From positions 124,001-188,000 of the forward strand of contig FLMG01001010.1 of NCBI GenBank assembly GCA_900088475.1: a stretch of 64,000 bases of DNA. Direction: 5' to 3'. The notes beneath the pieces were generated by a model, which saw nothing but the letters and a program-made list of their open reading frames with translations, searched no databases and was not told where the DNA came from. Below, piece by piece: positions 58,976-64,000 of the stretch; positions within the stretch are counted from its first letter, which is position 1; each line of letters starts with the position of its first letter. A program made the translations under genes and the position numbers. This stretch comes from Hyphochytrium catenoides. Its lineage: Eukaryota; Protista; Hyphochytriomycota.

Positions 58976-61900
58976 GGCTCCGCCTACTACCGACTGTATG
59001 ACCTCAACAGAATTTTCTTGCACAACTTCGTATGCTGAGGTTCTCCACGCTTGCCTTCAACGGAGATCAAGCAATGTCAACGTCCGATAAGCTTCACAGA
59101 TGCAGAGTACGTGAAGACGGCAGCAAGAACATCCCTCCCTAGTGCCATTGGCGGGGAGTCATCTGATTGTTGAAGCTGTTGTCCCCAGCTTCCAAGCATA
59201 GCAGATCCTAGAAGTACACCAGGAGAGAGGTTCTGATGAGCTGTAAGAAGGTCGAAGAAATTGAAGAATCTGACAGTGGTCTGTCCATCCGCCGATGAAA
59301 GAAACGATTGCAATGTTCACTTTTAAAGTGGAAACCTTGCTGCTAATAACACGCTCTAGTGCCGCTGAACTTAAACTTCTAGACTCCATTATTTCAGACG
59401 TATTTTTCATAGCTTGCAAATGTATGAGCAACAAACCAACAATGGAAAACGAACTCATTACTCATTATTCTCCAAGATCTCAAAGGCCGCCACTAGCGGC
59501 CTTGCCCGCCGTGGGATAGTGGTGGGGAGGAGGAGTAGCAAGAGAAGAATGATGGCCATCATCCTCATCATCAGGAGATCGAGGGAGTCAAACCCAAGCT
59601 AGGCGGGCAGCAGCCCAACTTGTTGTCGCAGGCTGTCGTCCGTAGCGACGCGGCTTGCTGCTAATGTTCTTTGCCCGACGGCTGGTGCTACTCGGTCCTT
59701 TCTGATGCCATCAACAGCGGGAATGGTATCTCAAGGAAGCTAGGGCAGCAGCACCCACTTTCTGCGAGCCTCGTGCTTGTACTGCTGCTGCTATTCATCT
59801 CTGATGCAATCACAAAAAAGAAGTCACGTGATGACATGTGACGTTTTGCTTCTTGATGGTAACTAATTTTATAGTTCTACTAATGCCTATCGTCGTCAGC
59901 ACCACCTGCCCTGCCGGGTCCGGCGGTGGCGAGAGTTCCACGTTTGATAGCACTACACGGTATTGAATGGCTATAAAAAAAGTAACAGGAAGCGAGCGGG
60001 AGGAGATTTACAACAAGAAGAAGAGTCCTCTCCTCCACCAGCTGTATCAGGACTACAATTCCCCTCTTACTCCTCACCAGACTAATCTGCCTGGCAGAAG
60101 ACAGAAGATGCTCAATAATAACAAAGCCCTCTACTAGGTGTTGGTATGGTGATAATAAGGTACTACCACCCATTTATCGCAGCAGCTTAACTGAGAGTTG
60201 GTTTGCTGTATCATCAGATCCTCTTCTTTCTTCCTAGTGTTACCGGCTTTCAAATGGAATACCAGCTTCTTGTCATCCTTCTTTGGCAGCAAAAGATGAT
60301 TTTTACCACCAGAAGACCATCAAACGGTCGTCTTCGTTGTTATTATCGGAGCCAGATTAGTATACGAAGGGGTCTCCCGTGGAAGTGAATGTCGCCCAGG
60401 ACAAAAAAGGAGATTAAGAAAGAGGTTGCCGAAGAAGTGAAAGGATGAAAGGTACATATCTCCATCACTTAGCTCGAGGCAGAGGAGACAAAAAGTAACG
60501 AATCACCGCCGGCAAAGCATCAAGGCGCCAGGAAGAGGTGACGTTAATAAGGGTAGTCTATCACTGTGAAGCAGAAACATCTGTCTGCAGCCGTTACCTC
60601 GCAAGGAAATACCTGCTGATGAGATACAGAAAGCAAGCAGAGATCCTGGGACGTGTTGATGAAGTTAGCGTCATGGTCCATCACCGCATTCCTCAGTCCA
60701 GGGTCTAGCCGTATCTTTCCGTGATGTAGGTAATAAATGTTGATACAGTACGATGCCAAGCTTTTGTGTGTGATGATCAATGATGATGGGCGTGTCCTTT
60801 GCTGAGAGGAAAGCTTGGCGACCCGGGTAATCGTCCCCATCATCCCTCGCCACGGTGCTCTCGTGGTGTTCGTGATTGATATGAGCTGGATGATGATGTG
60901 TAGAACTCTTCAACCTTTAGAAGACGAGATCAGCAGGCACTCCTTGGCTCCTTGGTTGACTACTCTGACCTGCGAACTTTCTTCTGCAGACCATGAAAGC
61001 AGGAGCATTGAGATGAGGGGAAGGAAGGTGTTATCATTGGTACAAGATAGGGGTGGACTCACTTCTGCTGGGTTGGGTGGCTTCCTTCTCACTCGAATAC
61101 TGATAGTTCTAGTGGTCGTAATAAGGTTCTTATAACAAAGGCTTGGGTCAATAGCCTCGAGTCTGCTACCCAGTACGTTCCAGCACAGTGCGTGGCGAAT
61201 CTCGAATAAAAGGCTTGTTATTTGTTATTACAGTCGCACTATTATGAATGCAGGTGAGCCATACTGTTACACGCTGTACATCTCTGTGACAGTCTCGTCA
61301 GTGCTGCACAGAGCAACTGCAACCTCACCAATAGCGGCTATTCATAATAGCATGATCTCTCTTGCGCCATCCTCATTGCCAAATCCCTCAGATTCAGAAT
61401 AACGGCGTTATTTGACCCAGTCTGAGCTTGGTCTGGGTATAGTAACAAAAAAAGCGCCTAAAATTCTCAGTCTTGTGAATCACTGTGTAGTAGTACGATG
61501 TTGTACGGCTAACTGTTCCCTCAAAAGCGAGCCCGAGAGATATGGAACTGATTCGCCAAAACACGGGTCAACGCGAGTAATCAATACGAGCGGGTGCAGA
61601 CAGAGCGAGGAGAGATAGGGGAACGAGGCTGTTATCAAAATTTTCCGAGAGAAAGAGGCAGCCTGAAAAAGACTATGATGACAGACAGAGGAGACATAGA
61701 GGTATAAAAGAACGAGTGAGTCAAGGAAAAAGATAGAAATATCGCAGTAGTTACAAGACAGAGAATGTTTGTGCGAGAGCGAGCGAGTGAGAGAGAGAAC
61801 ACTCAGCTGAGCGATGTGAGTATAGGGAGACTGGAATGTGTAGGGGATGATGGCAATAAAATTTATGAGAGCCATTGCGGACTGGAAACAGAGAAAGTCT

Positions 61901-62208
61901 GCACTTTATCGCGGACATTTTTGAGCATCCAGACAAAGCTTTAGACAAGCTCAATAATAGCGTTTCATGACATTATTTGACTGACAGAGACAATGCCCTC
62001 TATTCTAGGAGCTCATTGAGCCCGCTTTGCTACCTTAGGAACGACTTTATAGAGGGAGGTAGAGGATGATCTTGCTGCAAAGCCGCCTTAGCTAAGATTG
62101 TTTGGAACACGGAAATTCTGCCAACTCTGGGGCCCTATTTACTGAAGGCACCTCTTGCACTCTAGAGCATCAGGAGCTGTACGGGCCTTTTGGCTGCGGC
62201 GTAGGGAG

Positions 62209-64000
62209 ATGAGCGATCTCTATTTACGCGGTGAGTCTGTCATACGCAATGCCCTTTGATATCTCGTCGTCTCGTGCTAACTCTTTTGCTTAATTGAACT
62301 TCTGATTGACGGGCCCCGTTAGGTCGGACTTTGTCTGACGGCCGCCATACCACAGCCAGCAGCTATTACGGCTACAGCAATGACGAAAGGCAAGATCAGG
62401 AGGGCAATGGCAGCTATGTGGCTACAAATCGTCATACCGAGCGGCCGCCAAACTACACCCAACAATATGACAACAGAGGCTCGGTCCAGCTTCAAAAAGA
62501 ACGCTCTTCTCATACATCTTTGGCCGAGGACTATCAGAGGCGCATGCAGGACATCAGGGACAGTGGTAGGAACAATTGGCAGCATGGGAATTCGGCCACA
62601 GGTTATTCCCCAGATCGACGGGACTCTGCCTATCGGCCATCCTACAATGAAGCTATGGGAAAAGGGTACGCCGCGAATGTACAGCAGTTAGAAGCACCCA
62701 TGAGCCGTGTAACTCTCGGGCAGAATCCAAGCCAATATCAGCCCTCTATGCAACAAGGGAGAGATTGGACCACAGCTTCAGGATCAGGACAACCGCCTGC
62801 CTATGCACCCCCTTATGCCTTATCCACTGTGCGTCCCTCCACAGGAGGCGGAGAGGGCTGGATCCAGCCCAAAGGCACGGCAAGCATGGTCAAGAAACAA
62901 TACAAGGAGGTCTCAATAGATAGTCAAGACGATCGTAATAGTGACGGCAGCGAAATTGACGTTGATGAAGAGATAGAAAGGAGAACTTTCGCCGGTGGAA
63001 GACCCCCTGTAGCTTCGCGCTCTACTCTCGGAGGCGGGCAATTAGACTCTCAAGGGTCGGGTTCTCCTTCTTCCAGCGTGATGCGATACACGGACACGGT
63101 CCTTCGCCCTACAAATGGTTTAACTGGGGACGCTCGGCGAAGTGAGATGGAGACATCTCAAAAGTCGTACGTCAGTAAGTATATGACGGAGTTCTCGGAG
63201 TCAGACCCTCCGCAGCAGCCCTCCACCTATAGTAGGTACCCGTCTCAGCCTTCCTCTAGGTCATCGGAGCCAAGAGAAGACTCACAGCAGTACTTGATCT
63301 CATCACGGCCGTTGGGGTCTCCCTCTGGTGGGCTAGAAAAGCACGCGAAGCACGGATCCACCTTGAGAAAGGTAGGACAATTGGATATTCCACTGGTTCC
63401 AGACTTGAAGTCCCTGCGCAATCAGCCCAACGCATCGACCTCTTTTGCTCAAGGGGGTTCTAGCCAACCTCCGCCATCACATAGAAGAACGTTGACTACC
63501 CAAGAGATTATAGCGGCAGGAGGGCTAAGCGGTCGACCCACGGTTGGTGCTGACACTACTACTATGACGTGGGGATTTGCAGGTACATTTCCTGTCCGTG
63601 AGGGCGAGAACTATCAGCAATCCGCTCCGTATGTCCCTGGCCCAGGCATGTATCCATCCTCGGAGGGCACAAGAGGCAGTCCATCGCGTCGCTCTGGAAT
63701 GGGATACAAAGAACCTGGGGCTGTGCCTGCGGGCAGCTCCCCCGCATCCCCACCTCGTCAAAGCGCTTCCACTCCCTCTAACAATAAGGTGAAACGAGAG
63801 TCCTCAGGAGATAACAGGTATCGGGCACCGTCCTCCTCAATTCTCTCAGTGCCTCGCCAACCGGGACAGGAGTACGAGATCATTTGGAACGGAGGACCTC
63901 TGGGCCTCAAGCTGCGCTCTGACGGGAGCAGCAAAAGTATACCGGTAATCAGCGCCGTTACTGGGAATGGTACTGCCGTAGGGATTCATAATGCAGCCCC
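62209..64000 (+). CDS. Large disordered protein with a PDZ domain starting at the window edge (3' partial; absent from the ORF track)
   Basis: A 22-nt ATG exon (62209-62230, then gtgagt) splices to ttag|62323. The frame stays open for about 1.68 kb to the window end, is S/P/G/Q/Y-rich, and ends EYEIIWNGGPLGLKLRSDGSSKSIPVISAV, a PDZ betaA-loop-betaB-betaC pattern. Confidence 0.82.

Noticed and set aside
1-64000. Alternative genetic code or stop-codon reassignment
   Set aside because: The conserved genes I rebuilt read through without internal stops once introns are removed. TAA, TAG and TGA all serve as terminal codons.
1-64000. Introner-like repeated introns, tRNA, snRNA or rRNA genes
   Set aside because: By eye, the introns share no sequence with each other and the GTTCGA hits lack cloverleaf context. 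A self-BLAST and an Infernal/tRNAscan run would be needed to exclude them fully.

Overview
Gene-dense, intron-rich eukaryotic nuclear DNA (about 50% GC by eye, short GT-AG introns, GA/CT microsatellites, four small N gaps). The gene content suggests a stramenopile-like protist, but this is inference. The ORF track breaks nearly every gene, so I rebuilt the models by hand from splice sites and reading phase; individual junctions are provisional. I support 16 protein-coding genes, in order: Tom70-like TPR protein (5' partial, +), importin-alpha (+), multi-TM RING E3 ligase (+), RBM26/27-like PWI-RRM protein (-), Rab escort protein (+), tesmin/TSO1/LIN54 CXC protein (-), dihydroxy-acid dehydratase (-), TMEM229-like membrane protein (+), PPX1/prune exopolyphosphatase (+), 2OG-Fe(II) dioxygenase hidden across 9 exons (-), ATRX/ARIP4-type SNF2 ATPase with C-terminal BRCT (-), tail-anchored coiled-coil protein (+), cyclin B (-), FIBP (-), PDK/BCKDK-family kinase (-), and a PDZ protein (3' partial, +). 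I see no rRNA, tRNA, CRISPR array or intact transposon, and no clearly new multi-gene system. The best leads are: the bacterial-type 2OG oxygenase with a 16-nt micro-exon; the PDK with its N-box Asn replaced by Tyr (candidate pseudokinase); the SNF2-BRCT fusion; a plant-type LxCxE-bearing TCX plus MYB/CHR-like sites upstream of cyclin B; a Tom70-like protein lacking the chaperone clamp; a degenerate triple repeat behind importin-alpha; and a 22-bp duplication that doubles a splice donor.
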